From IMG/VR virus record IMGVR_UViG_3300022602_000026: a stretch of 64,000 nucleotides of DNA; one strand, given 5' to 3'. A model generated the notes under the pieces. It was given only the letters and a program-made list of their open reading frames with translations. It searched no databases and was not told the DNA's origin. This document shows positions 27,569 to 36,953 of this stretch, piece by piece. This DNA comes from a virus (Duplodnaviria > Caudoviricetes). How positions within the stretch are numbered: the first letter of the stretch is position 1; each line of letters begins with the position of its first letter. Position numbers and translations under genes: made by a program.

Positions 27569-29938
27569 ATGGCTACTACCGAAGAACTCTTGGCGCAACT
27601 GATTGAACTGCAAAAGCAGCAGAGCAAAGGCACTGGGGGTCTGGGCGCATCTATCACATCCAAAGACAGTGAACGACTTGGAAGATACTCTGACGACATG
27701 GAGAAATTGACCAAACAGGTCGATGCTCAAATCAAATCGTTGAAAAAGGCCAATTCGGTAACCAGCACCTTTACCAAGATGTTGAGCGAAGCTCCGGCAC
27801 AACTCAGTGCGTTAGCCGAAGATCTTGAAGAACTTGACGACAGAATCAAAAACGAAATAGATCAAGAAAAAAAGAACGATTTAATTAAAAAACGCAATCA
27901 GCTCTGGGAGAACGCGGCCAAGGGCGATGCAATTACGGCCACTGTCAAATTGGGCAAGGCCATGTGGAATGTGGCCCAGACCGGACTGCAAGGTTCCATG
28001 GCGTTTGTCAAGGGACTGCAAAACGGTGCATCGGGAATAGAACTGGCCAGTGGCCTAATGGCAACTCAAATCGAAATGGAGGCGCAAACCACTGTAGCCC
28101 TGGGTCAGGCCGCAGGCACTGCTGGACAAGCACTAATGACATTGCCAAGTATGTATGCAAAAGGCATTGGGGCTGCCTTGGCAATTCTTGGACCAGTCAT
28201 GGGCATGGCCGCCGAACAAACTGCCAAGTTGGCCAAATTTGGAATTGAAGTACTGGCCAAAGAAGTAGAAAAAACCATCAAGGCCTACAACGATTCAACT
28301 GCTGCTGGCGCACTGTTTGCACGTGGCATGGAAGATTTGCGAAAGTATTCGGGCGCTGCTGGACTCACTGTGGATCAATTTGCAAACGTGCTCAAAAACA
28401 ATTCGGCGGCACTGGCCGAATCGGGTTATACAGTTAGTGGTGCAGCAAAAATTGTTTCGGGAGTTACTAGCAATCTAGCAACACAGACCAGCAAAAACGG
28501 CAACTCGCTACAACGAGAGTTGATGAATCTCGGTATTGGTTTTGAAGAACAAGCTGCATTGGTGGCACAACAAACAGCCAACTTGAAACGATCGGGCGGG
28601 ACTGCAACCAATGCACAGATGGCACAGGCCACGCTGGAGATGGGCAAGAACATGAAAATTGTGGCCGACATCATGGGCGCTGATGCAAAGTCGCGCGAAG
28701 AAGAAGCCAAAAAACGAGCCACTGCTTATGCGTTTGACAAAAAGTTACGTGACTTGGCCAAGCAAAATAACGATCCTGGCTTGATAGATCGTGCCCATAA
28801 AGCCATGGCCATGTTGTCGGCCGACCAGCAAGAAGCTGCCATGCAGGCCACAGTAATGAACGGAATAGTTACTAACCTTAATGCCAACCTGTACGGGCAA
28901 GTGGGTGCTGCACAAGATTTTGCAACTGCACTAGCAACTCCGGGTAGTAGCATACAGTCATTGAACGATGGATTTGCACGAGCCACTCAAGACTTTGATA
29001 AAAACAACGGACAATTGGCTACTTCAATCAGTGCCGCAGCCATTATGGGAGTTGACTCGTTGAATAACTTTGCCAAAGGTGCCAACGAATTAGGTCAAGC
29101 GCAATTTCAATTAACACAACAAAATTTAAAAACAGCTACAGATGCAGTAGAAGCTACGGCCAAGATCAATAGCGGATTTCATTCGGCGATAATGGATGTT
29201 GAGAAAACAGCACAAGATTTAAGAATAGCACTACAGGAAAAACTAACACCGCAAATTTTGGGATTTGCTAAGGCAGCCGAAGCAATCTTGGCCTCGATGG
29301 ATACCATTATAGGCGGCCTTAACAACACCAAAGGTCCGCTTGATTTCTTAAAAGGCATAGGCGAGGACGTTGAAGATGTTGGTATAGGTATTACTGCACT
29401 CGGTGGAGTATTGGCTGCTGTAGGAGCTTTATTGTCATTTACCGGTGTTGGTGCTGCAGTTGGGGTTCCACTAGCAGCTGCTGGTACCAGTATGATGACT
29501 GGCGGTGTTGCTACTATAGCTGCTGGATCTGCTAGTACAATGTTGGGTTTTGCTGACGGCGGTATCAGTACCACAACCAATCCCAAAGGTGTTTTGGCCA
29601 TGGTGAGCGAGGGCGGTATCAACGAAGCGCATGTGCCGTTGCCTGACGGTAAGAGTATACCGGTCAACATAACAGGGCTATCAACAGCAGCAGCCGAATT
29701 AAACAAAGCCACTGCGGCCTTGCGCGAAGTGACTGAAAAACTATCAATGCCAAACGCTAAAGACACTGCAAAAGAAACAAGGACCATAGCCGATAACATG
29801 GTAAACAACGTTTTTGACGATTTCTTAAATCAATTTAAAGACATGCATATTGCTCAAATGGGCAAGCAAGATGAATTGATCGAACACATGCGAGACACCA
29901 AAGACTTTAGCCAAAGAATATTACAAGCTAGCCAGTAA
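27569..29938 (+). CDS. Tape-measure-like tail protein (gp29-like)
   Basis: 789 aa, Ala-rich and helical, with a hydrophobic Gly/Ala segment and the FADGGI…EGG.NEA.VPLPDGKSIPV motif common in tape measures; between gp26 and portal. Confidence 0.6.
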   Translation: MATTEELLAQLIELQKQQSKGTGGLGASITSKDSERLGRYSDDMEKLTKQVDAQIKSLKKANSVTSTFTKMLSEAPAQLSALAEDLEELDDRIKNEIDQEKKNDLIKKRNQLWENAAKGDAITATVKLGKAMWNVAQTGLQGSMAFVKGLQNGASGIELASGLMATQIEMEAQTTVALGQAAGTAGQALMTLPSMYAKGIGAALAILGPVMGMAAEQTAKLAKFGIEVLAKEVEKTIKAYNDSTAAGALFARGMEDLRKYSGAAGLTVDQFANVLKNNSAALAESGYTVSGAAKIVSGVTSNLATQTSKNGNSLQRELMNLGIGFEEQAALVAQQTANLKRSGGTATNAQMAQATLEMGKNMKIVADIMGADAKSREEEAKKRATAYAFDKKLRDLAKQNNDPGLIDRAHKAMAMLSADQQEAAMQATVMNGIVTNLNANLYGQVGAAQDFATALATPGSSIQSLNDGFARATQDFDKNNGQLATSISAAAIMGVDSLNNFAKGANELGQAQFQLTQQNLKTATDAVEATAKINSGFHSAIMDVEKTAQDLRIALQEKLTPQILGFAKAAEAILASMDTIIGGLNNTKGPLDFLKGIGEDVEDVGIGITALGGVLAAVGALLSFTGVGAAVGVPLAAAGTSMMTGGVATIAAGSASTMLGFADGGISTTTNPKGVLAMVSEGGINEAHVPLPDGKSIPVNITGLSTAAAELNKATAALREVTEKLSMPNAKDTAKETRTIADNMVNNVFDDFLNQFKDMHIAQMGKQDELIEHMRDTKDFSQRILQASQ

Positions 29939-29970
29939 CGGAATGATAAATAAGCTATAAGGAATACACA

Positions 29971-31701
29971 ATGGCTTCGTGGAAAAAATATTTTAAAACC
30001 GGAAACATACAAGGGGCAGTGAGCCCGATTGGTAGTCCCGGTAACTCACAGGTGAATCCTGCTTATCGTAACATGGCAAGCAGTTTGCCTGAAGTTTATA
30101 TCGGGCATCCAAATCGTATTGAACGTTATAATCAATACGAACAAATGGACATGGACTCGGAAGTTAATGCTGCACTGGACATTTTGGCCGAATTTTGTAG
30201 TCAGAAAAACGAAGAGAATTTGAGTGCATTTGATTTACACTTTCACGAAAAGCCCACCGACAACGAAGTCAAAATTATTAAAGAACAACTGCAACAGTGG
30301 GTTAGTTTAAACGAATTAAACAAACGTATATTCAAAATTGTACGTAACACATTAAAATACGGTGATCAAGTGTTTATCCGTGATCCTGAAACTTTTAAAA
30401 TGTTTTGGGTTGAGATGAGCAAAGTTACCAAAGTTATTGTGAACGAAAGCCAAGGCAAAAAACCCGAACAATATGTCATCAAAGACATCAATCCCAATTT
30501 TCAAAATTTAACAGTAACTGCGGTCAGCACTAGCGATACATTTACTAATCACCCACAAGTGGGTGGACCATCGGGAAGTTATGTACAACCGCGTACTCCG
30601 TACAGTGGTGGCAGCAGATTCTCTCATGCACAAAACGAAGCAGTGGTCAATGCCGAACACGTAGTACATTTGAGTTTGACCGAAGGCCTAGACATATTTT
30701 GGCCTTTTGGTAACAGTGTTTTAGAAAATATTTTTAAAGTATTCAAACAAAAAGAATTGCTTGAAGATGCTATCATTATCTATCGTGTGCAACGTGCGCC
30801 TGAGCGTAGAATGTTTAAAATTGATGTGGGCAACATGCCCACACACATGGCCATGGCGTTTATTGAGCGTATCAAGAACGAGATAAGTCAGCGTAGAATT
30901 CCCACACAAACACAAAGTGGTGTCAACATGATGGATGCTACATACAATCCATTAAGTACAAACGAAGACTTTTTCTTCCCACAAACTGCCGACGGACGTG
31001 GAAGTAGCGTGGAAATTTTGCCTGGTGGACAAAACTTGGGCGAGATTACAGACTTAAAGTTCTTTACCAACAAGTTATTCCGCGGATTGCGTATCCCCTC
31101 AAGCTATTTGCCTACCGGAGCCGATGACGGTACAACCACAGTAAGCGATGGTAAAGTGGGCACCGCACTTATACAAGAATGGCGTTTTAATCAATATTGC
31201 ACACGTTTACAGTCAATGATTGTAGACAAACTGGATCAAGAGTTCAAGATGTTTATGCGCTGGAGAGGCATCAACATTGACGGACAGATTTTTGATCTGC
31301 GCTTTAACATGCCGCAGAACTTTGCCAGTTATAGACAAGCCGACATTGATGCAGCCAAGATTGGTGTGTTTACACAGTTGGAGCAGTATCCTTATTTCTC
31401 TAAACGTTTCCTGATGAAACGTTATTTGGGCATGAGCGAAATGGAAATGAGCGAGAACGAAATGATGTGGGCCGAAGAAAAAGGCAAAGCCGAAGAAACC
31501 AGCCCAGGACAAGCCAATTTGCGTAACGTGGGTGTTACACCAGGCGGACTTGCAAGCGATTTGGAAAATGTCACCCCCGAAGCCGGCGCAGAAGGTGCCC
31601 CCGAAGGCGGGGCATTGGGCGGCGAAGCCGGTGGCGGTGGAGTGGGTAGCCCCACTGGCGGCCCAGGTCCAGCAGCAAGTGCTCCGGGTGTAGGCGGATA
31701 A
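29971..31701 (+). CDS. gp20: Portal protein
   Basis: YEQMDMDSEVNAALDI, LLEDAIIIYRVQRAPERRMFKIDVGNMP, EDFFFP…GRGSSVEILPGGQNLGEI.D..FF..KL.RGLRIP.S. Confidence 0.95.
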   Translation: MASWKKYFKTGNIQGAVSPIGSPGNSQVNPAYRNMASSLPEVYIGHPNRIERYNQYEQMDMDSEVNAALDILAEFCSQKNEENLSAFDLHFHEKPTDNEVKIIKEQLQQWVSLNELNKRIFKIVRNTLKYGDQVFIRDPETFKMFWVEMSKVTKVIVNESQGKKPEQYVIKDINPNFQNLTVTAVSTSDTFTNHPQVGGPSGSYVQPRTPYSGGSRFSHAQNEAVVNAEHVVHLSLTEGLDIFWPFGNSVLENIFKVFKQKELLEDAIIIYRVQRAPERRMFKIDVGNMPTHMAMAFIERIKNEISQRRIPTQTQSGVNMMDATYNPLSTNEDFFFPQTADGRGSSVEILPGGQNLGEITDLKFFTNKLFRGLRIPSSYLPTGADDGTTTVSDGKVGTALIQEWRFNQYCTRLQSMIVDKLDQEFKMFMRWRGINIDGQIFDLRFNMPQNFASYRQADIDAAKIGVFTQLEQYPYFSKRFLMKRYLGMSEMEMSENEMMWAEEKGKAEETSPGQANLRNVGVTPGGLASDLENVTPEAGAEGAPEGGALGGEAGGGGVGSPTGGPGPAASAPGVGG

Positions 31702-31726
31702 TACGCAATAGTTATAAATACTTTAT

Positions 31727-31978
31727 ATGTTTATAAGTGATTTATTAGAAAGTCCCGAGCCTGCAAAAGCAGGCTACCAGTCTGAAAAGGACGATAATAG
31801 TGTCATGAAACTAGGTGATCTACGCAAAACTAGATTAACACTAGCACATCTAAATCGCTTGAGAATGGCGAATGATGTACGTAAATTTGAGTTTGAAAAG
31901 AAAATTGAAACTATTCAAAGTCAATATGCAGCCCCAGCAGCAGAAGAGGGCGGTGCAGGTGCAATACCTGGACTATAA
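31727..31978 (+). CDS. Small head-module protein
   Basis: 83 aa between portal and core genes; TATAAATA at 31713-20 immediately upstream. Confidence 0.65.
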   Translation: MFISDLLESPEPAKAGYQSEKDDNSVMKLGDLRKTRLTLAHLNRLRMANDVRKFEFEKKIETIQSQYAAPAAEEGGAGAIPGL

Positions 31979-32091
31979 CAGATTTATTACAAATCTTATC
32001 TAAAATACCGCAAAAAACACGCATATTACATAGAAAACTGCGTAGTTTAGTAAATAAATTTACAAAGCCAATTTATTAAAGGAGTTTCTTA

Positions 32092-33291
32092 ATGAACAAA
32101 TACGAACAGTTGATTGAACACATCATCAACGAAGACGAACAAGCAGCTAAAGAACTTTTCCACCAATTAGTGGTTGAGAAGTCACGTGACATTTATGAGT
32201 CACTAATGGACGAAGACATGGGCGGAAACGAAGCTCAAGGATTCGTACAAGATATTACTAATCAAAACGATAGCGCACAAGAAATGGGACTTGGCGAAGA
32301 CGACGAAGAAATGGACATGGACGGCGAAGACGAGTTTGGCACTGACGACGACATGGACGGCGAAGAAGAAACATTCGGCGGCGACGACATGGGTGGCGAA
32401 GAAGGCGAAGAAGCCGAGCACAGTGAAATTGAATCACAACTAGACAGCATTACTGCACAACTAGATGACTTAAAGGCTATGTTAGCTGGCGAGCAAGGTG
32501 ATGAAGAGCATGACATGGGCGACGACATGGATGATATGGGCGGCGAAAGCGACTTCGACATGGACAGTGAAGAAGAGCCTGCAGAGGAAGGCATGAACAT
32601 GGAATCTGCTAATCCTTTTGCCAAGAGTGGTTCAGCATCAGGCAAAAGCGGTTCAGCAAGTGGATCTGGTAAGTCTGGTAGCGGAATGAAAGAAGCTAAG
32701 AAAATGAGCGGTTCAGGCATGAGCGGTTCAGGTAAGTCTGGCTCTGGCATTAAAGAAGCTGCTAAGAAAAGCGGTTCTGGTGTAAGCGGTTCTGGTAAGT
32801 CTGGTTCAGGCAAAATGGAAAGCTACAAAAAGACCGACGTAGAGATCATGAAAGAATACGTTGACAAGATCGGCGAGATCTACAAAATAGACAATCCTAA
32901 CAGTGAAACAGGTAAGACTGTTGGTACTGGTGGTGACGAGCCAACTATTAACAAAAAGCAAGTTAGTTTAGACAAAGGACCTGACTTTGGCGGTACTAAC
33001 GAAAACATTCTAAACGGCAAAGGCAATGAAGAAGCTGCTGATGGCAAGCAATTCAAAGCTCCAAACAACGAGTATAGCAAGAAGCGTGGTGACTTACCTC
33101 ATGCAGGTCAGTTCAAGAACGTTCCTGGCAACAAGAAAGTTTGGGATGCAAAAGGACCTAGCGATGGTCACGGAGCTGAGAAGAAAGGTACTGAGACTGG
33201 TAAAACAGTTGGTACCGGTGGCGACAAGCCAAGTCTAAATACCAAAGGTATTGAAGGCGGAGCAGGTCAGCCAACAGGTAAAAAGAAGTAA
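32092..33291 (+). CDS. Prohead core / internal scaffold-like protein (acidic N-half, SGSGK repeats)
   Basis: D/E-rich low-complexity region, Ser/Gly/Lys repeats, strong SD (AAAGGAG), position before the protease. Confidence 0.6.
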   Translation: MNKYEQLIEHIINEDEQAAKELFHQLVVEKSRDIYESLMDEDMGGNEAQGFVQDITNQNDSAQEMGLGEDDEEMDMDGEDEFGTDDDMDGEEETFGGDDMGGEEGEEAEHSEIESQLDSITAQLDDLKAMLAGEQGDEEHDMGDDMDDMGGESDFDMDSEEEPAEEGMNMESANPFAKSGSASGKSGSASGSGKSGSGMKEAKKMSGSGMSGSGKSGSGIKEAAKKSGSGVSGSGKSGSGKMESYKKTDVEIMKEYVDKIGEIYKIDNPNSETGKTVGTGGDEPTINKKQVSLDKGPDFGGTNENILNGKGNEEAADGKQFKAPNNEYSKKRGDLPHAGQFKNVPGNKKVWDAKGPSDGHGAEKKGTETGKTVGTGGDKPSLNTKGIEGGAGQPTGKKK

Positions 33292-33306
33292 TAGGAACTT
33301 ATTATA

Positions 33307-33948
33307 ATGGCTTTGTTCCTAAAGGAAACACTATCATTTGACAACGCTGGACTTCAGGTTATCTCTGAAGATTCCGGCGATGGCAAAGGTGGTAAGCATT
33401 TCTATATGGATGGGATATTCATTCAAGGTGGCGTACAGAATGCCAACAAACGTGTATATCCCACTCACGAAATTAAAAAAGCTGTTGAGACCATCACTGA
33501 GCAATTAAAGGGTGGTTATAGTGTACTGGGCGAATTGGATCATCCAGATGACTTAAAGATTAACTTGGATCGTGTTAGCCACATGATAACAAAAATGTGG
33601 ATGGACGGGCCAAACGGATTTGGAAAACTAAAAGTGTTACCAACACCAATGGGTAAACTAGTTGAAGCGATGCTGACAAGCGGAGTTAAACTGGGTGTAA
33701 GCTCGCGTGGATCAGGTAACGTTAGTGAAAGTAGTGGACACGTTAGTGATTTTGAAATCATTACCGTAGACATTGTTGCACAACCCAGTGCACCTAACGC
33801 ATATCCAAAAGCGATTTACGAATCGTTAATGAACATGCGTGGTGGACAACAGTTGTTCAACATGGCTAAAGACGCCAGCACCGATCAAAGAGTACAGAAG
33901 TACGTGGAAAAGGAAGTGGTGCGCCTTATCAACGATTTGAAACTATAG
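33307..33948 (+). CDS. gp21: Prohead maturation protease
   Basis: GIFIQGGVQNANKRVYP, GELDHP, GVSSRGSG, DIVAQPSAPNAY. Confidence 0.93.
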   Translation: MALFLKETLSFDNAGLQVISEDSGDGKGGKHFYMDGIFIQGGVQNANKRVYPTHEIKKAVETITEQLKGGYSVLGELDHPDDLKINLDRVSHMITKMWMDGPNGFGKLKVLPTPMGKLVEAMLTSGVKLGVSSRGSGNVSESSGHVSDFEIITVDIVAQPSAPNAYPKAIYESLMNMRGGQQLFNMAKDASTDQRVQKYVEKEVVRLINDLKL

Positions 33949-33961
33949 GAGAACAAATCCA

Positions 33962-35074
33962 ATGTTAGACGCCTTAAAACCAATGTTAGACAGCGGTATT
34001 ATCAACGAGTCTACACAACAAGCTATCAATGAAGCTTGGGAAACCAAGTTGACTGAAGCACGTGAGCAATTGCGTGCCGAGCTTCGTGAAGAATTCGCTG
34101 GCCGTTATCAGCATGACAAACAAGTTATGGTTGAGGCTCTAGACAAAATGGTTACAGAATCTTTAACTGCCGAGATTGAAGAATTCAAAGCAGCTAAACT
34201 AGCTCTTGCCGAAGACCGTGTAAAGTTTAACGCTCGCATGGTTGAAAGCGCAGGTAAGTTTGATCAATTCCTAGTTACAAAACTAGCCGAAGAGATCCAA
34301 GAACTACGCAATGACCGCAAACAATACGAGAATAGCATCGCTAAACTTGAGTCGTTTGTTATCAAAGCACTTGCAGAAGAAATTAAAGAGTTTGAAGCAG
34401 ACAAGAAAGCAGTTGTTGAGACTAAAGTTCAACTTGTTGCCGGAGCTAAAGCAAAATTAGCCGAGCTACAAAAGAACTTTGTTGCAAGAAGTGCTGAAAT
34501 GGTTAAAGAATCTATTACCGCAAAACTAGAGTCTGAAATGACTCAACTAAAAGAAGACATCAATATTGCTCGTGAGAACATGTTTGGTCGTCGTTTATTC
34601 GAAGCTTTTGCAAGCGAGTTTGCTGTTACTCATTTAAATGAGAACAAAGAAATTGCTAAGATGCAAGAACTTTTAAACAAACAAAATGCAGTTATTGCCG
34701 AAGCTAAAAAAGCTATCGAAAATAAAGCAATGTTAGTTGAATCAAAAGAAAAAGAAATTCGTATTATCCGGGAATCTACAGAACGCAAGCAAAAACTTGC
34801 CGAAATGTTGAAACCTCTAAACAAAGAGAAAGCTGCTGTAATGAGCAGTCTACTCGAATCAGTGCAGACCGACAAGTTACAGTCCGCATTTGATAAGTAT
34901 CTACCTGCAGTTCTAAACAACGGTACTACAAAGCAACCTGCACCTAGTTCACAAGTTTTGACAGAATCACGTTCAGAAGTAACAGGAGACAAAACTGCTA
35001 AAAGCGCAACATTTGAAGACACAACAGCATCCGCTAATGTGTTTGAATTGAAACGTCTAGCAGGGCTAAAGTGA
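33962..35074 (+). CDS. gp22: Prohead scaffolding protein
   Basis: Long coiled coil between protease and capsid genes, ending ELKRLAGL. Confidence 0.8.
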   Translation: MLDALKPMLDSGIINESTQQAINEAWETKLTEAREQLRAELREEFAGRYQHDKQVMVEALDKMVTESLTAEIEEFKAAKLALAEDRVKFNARMVESAGKFDQFLVTKLAEEIQELRNDRKQYENSIAKLESFVIKALAEEIKEFEADKKAVVETKVQLVAGAKAKLAELQKNFVARSAEMVKESITAKLESEMTQLKEDINIARENMFGRRLFEAFASEFAVTHLNENKEIAKMQELLNKQNAVIAEAKKAIENKAMLVESKEKEIRIIRESTERKQKLAEMLKPLNKEKAAVMSSLLESVQTDKLQSAFDKYLPAVLNNGTTKQPAPSSQVLTESRSEVTGDKTAKSATFEDTTASANVFELKRLAGLK

Positions 35075-35103
35075 CTTAACCCTAAAAGGAAAAAGGAAAT
35101 ATT

Positions 35104-36276
35104 ATGACACAAGCATTATTAGAAAGCCGTTGGGGCGAGACAAAAGACGCTCTGTTAGAAGGCTTAAACGGTTCTAGAAGAACTACAATGGCAGTTGTAT
35201 TAGAAAATACACGCAAGCACCTAGTTGAAAATGCAACAGCTGGCGCAACATCGGCAGGTAACGTAGCAACACTTAACCGTGTTATTCTACCAGTTATCCG
35301 TCGTGTTATGCCCACAGTTATTGCAAATGAAATTATTGGTGTACAACCAATGACTGGCCCAGTTAGCCAAATCCATACATTACGTGTACGTTATGCAGAT
35401 AACGTTATCGGAACAAATGGTGCTACTGGCGCAACAGCTGGTGACGAAGCATTATCACCATTTAAGATTGCAACTGCTTATTCAGGTGGCACAAACGGCT
35501 ACCCATCAAGCACTGCAACACTTGAAGGTGTACCTGGCAACCGTATCAACGTTCAAATCTTGAAACAAGTTGTTGAAGCGAAGACACGTAAAATGTCAGC
35601 ACGTTGGACATTTGAAGCTGCGCAAGATGCACAATCTATGCACGGTTTGGATGTAGAAGCAGAAATTATGGCTGCTCTAGCACAAGAGATCACAGTTGAA
35701 ATTGATCAAGAAATTATCGGTTCACTAAGTTCTTTAGCTGCTACTGACTACGCTTTTGACCAATCAGCAGTAAGTGGTACTGCAACATTCGTTGGTGACG
35801 AACATGCTGCTCTAGCAGTTCTAATCAACCGTAGTGCAAACTTGATTGCACAACGTACACGTCGTGGCGCTGGTAACTGGGCGATTGTATCTCCAGGTGC
35901 ATTAACAGTACTACAAAGTGCTACAACAAGTGCATTTGCACGTACAACAGAAGGTACTTTCGAAGCTCCTACAAACACAAAGTTTGTTGGTACATTGAAC
36001 GGTGCTATGCGTATCTATGTAAATGCATACGCAAATGATTCAACTCCAGTATTGGTTGGATACAAAGGTTCTAGCGAGGCTGATGCAGCTGCGTTCTATT
36101 GCCCTTATATTCCTCTAATGTCTTCTGGTGTTGTATTGGATCCAAATACTTTTGAACCAGTAGTTGGATTTATGACACGTTACGGTTATGTAGAGTTAAC
36201 AAACACTGCATCATCACTAGGTAACGCAGGCGACTACTTGAGTGAAATCAGTATTGCAAACTTATCATTCCAATAA
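35104..36276 (+). CDS. gp23: Major capsid protein
   Basis: VRRVMP…EIIGVQPMTGP, KTRKMSARWTFEAAQD…HGLD.EAE…EIDQEI, YCPYIPL…FMTRYG. Confidence 0.96.
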   Translation: MTQALLESRWGETKDALLEGLNGSRRTTMAVVLENTRKHLVENATAGATSAGNVATLNRVILPVIRRVMPTVIANEIIGVQPMTGPVSQIHTLRVRYADNVIGTNGATGATAGDEALSPFKIATAYSGGTNGYPSSTATLEGVPGNRINVQILKQVVEAKTRKMSARWTFEAAQDAQSMHGLDVEAEIMAALAQEITVEIDQEIIGSLSSLAATDYAFDQSAVSGTATFVGDEHAALAVLINRSANLIAQRTRRGAGNWAIVSPGALTVLQSATTSAFARTTEGTFEAPTNTKFVGTLNGAMRIYVNAYANDSTPVLVGYKGSSEADAAAFYCPYIPLMSSGVVLDPNTFEPVVGFMTRYGYVELTNTASSLGNAGDYLSEISIANLSFQ

Positions 36277-36298
36277 TCCATTATTGGTTTGTTTAACA

Positions 36299-36328
36299 AA
36301 AAGGCTCTTCGGAGCCTTTTTTATTGGC
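36299..36328 (+). terminator. Rho-independent terminator, copy 1 of a 30-bp direct repeat
   Basis: AAAA-GGCTC-TTCG-GAGCC-TTTTTT-ATTGGC, with a C(UUCG)G loop. Confidence 0.9.
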
Positions 36329-36410
36329 GGCGTTATCGGTAATATAAATATCTATGTGACAACAGTCACAAGCTCGTGTTTAACACACATACACACAAAG
36401 GAGAAAAACT

Positions 36411-36638
36411 ATGAGCAAAACACCTTACGAGATTCGTCTCGAACTTCTCAAAATGGCTAACGAAATTCTTGTGACGCCAGTATTTCAAAAACGACAATCA
36501 TTGACTGATGAGTATCACTCTAAGTTAACTGATGCTAATCGCGGTACGCTACCTTTCCCAACATTGCCTGACTTTCCATCTAGTACAGACATTGTGACCA
36601 AGGCCGAAGAACTCAAAAAGTTTGTAGACCAAGCGTAA
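36411..36638 (+). CDS. Small hypothetical protein
   Basis: 75 aa MSKTPYEIRLELLKMA…; SD AAAGGAG; TATAAATA at 36343-50. Confidence 0.8.
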   Translation: MSKTPYEIRLELLKMANEILVTPVFQKRQSLTDEYHSKLTDANRGTLPFPTLPDFPSSTDIVTKAEELKKFVDQA

Positions 36639-36641
36639 AAT

Positions 36642-36671
36642 AAAAGGCTCTTCGGAGCCTTTTTTATTGGC
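36642..36671 (+). terminator. Rho-independent terminator, copy 2 of the 30-bp direct repeat
   Basis: Identical to 36299-36328. Confidence 0.9.
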
Positions 36672-36702
36672 TCCAATAAATATAATAACATAGGAGATCA
36701 AC

Positions 36703-36873
36703 ATGGCAACAAAATCAGTTCCTGCAGTAGCAGTACCAACTAGAAGCGCAGTAGTAGCACAACCACAAGTGGCAATAAAACCCAAAGCACTAGCAGTGGT
36801 ATCGGCACCAGCAACAGCAGGTTATAAAGCACCTAAACCTGCTAATCCACCAGTTGCGAAACCAAAAGTATAA
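36703..36873 (+). CDS. 56-aa Pro/Ala/Lys/Val-rich peptide, below the ORF-track cutoff
   Basis: SD TAGGAG at 36691-96, ATG 36703, TAA 36871-73; MATKSVPAVAVPTRSAVVAQPQVAIKPKALAVVSAPATAGYKAPKPANPPVAKPKV. Confidence 0.65.
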   Translation: MATKSVPAVAVPTRSAVVAQPQVAIKPKALAVVSAPATAGYKAPKPANPPVAKPKV

Positions 36874-36953
36874 ATACTGTGTTCACTCCCACAGAGGGGT
36901 TCTCGGAGTAGCCACTTCGGGTAGCCTAGAACGCTAACACAAGGAGAAAATAA

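Noticed and set aside
28426-29808. Minus-strand ORFs up to 209 aa inside the tape-measure-like gene
   Set aside because: Fully nested antisense frames with no recognisable motifs.
32203-32813. Long minus-strand ORFs opposite the core protein (MPEPDLPEPL…)
   Set aside because: Antisense shadows of the low-complexity SGSGK and acidic repeats; no RBS or promoter.
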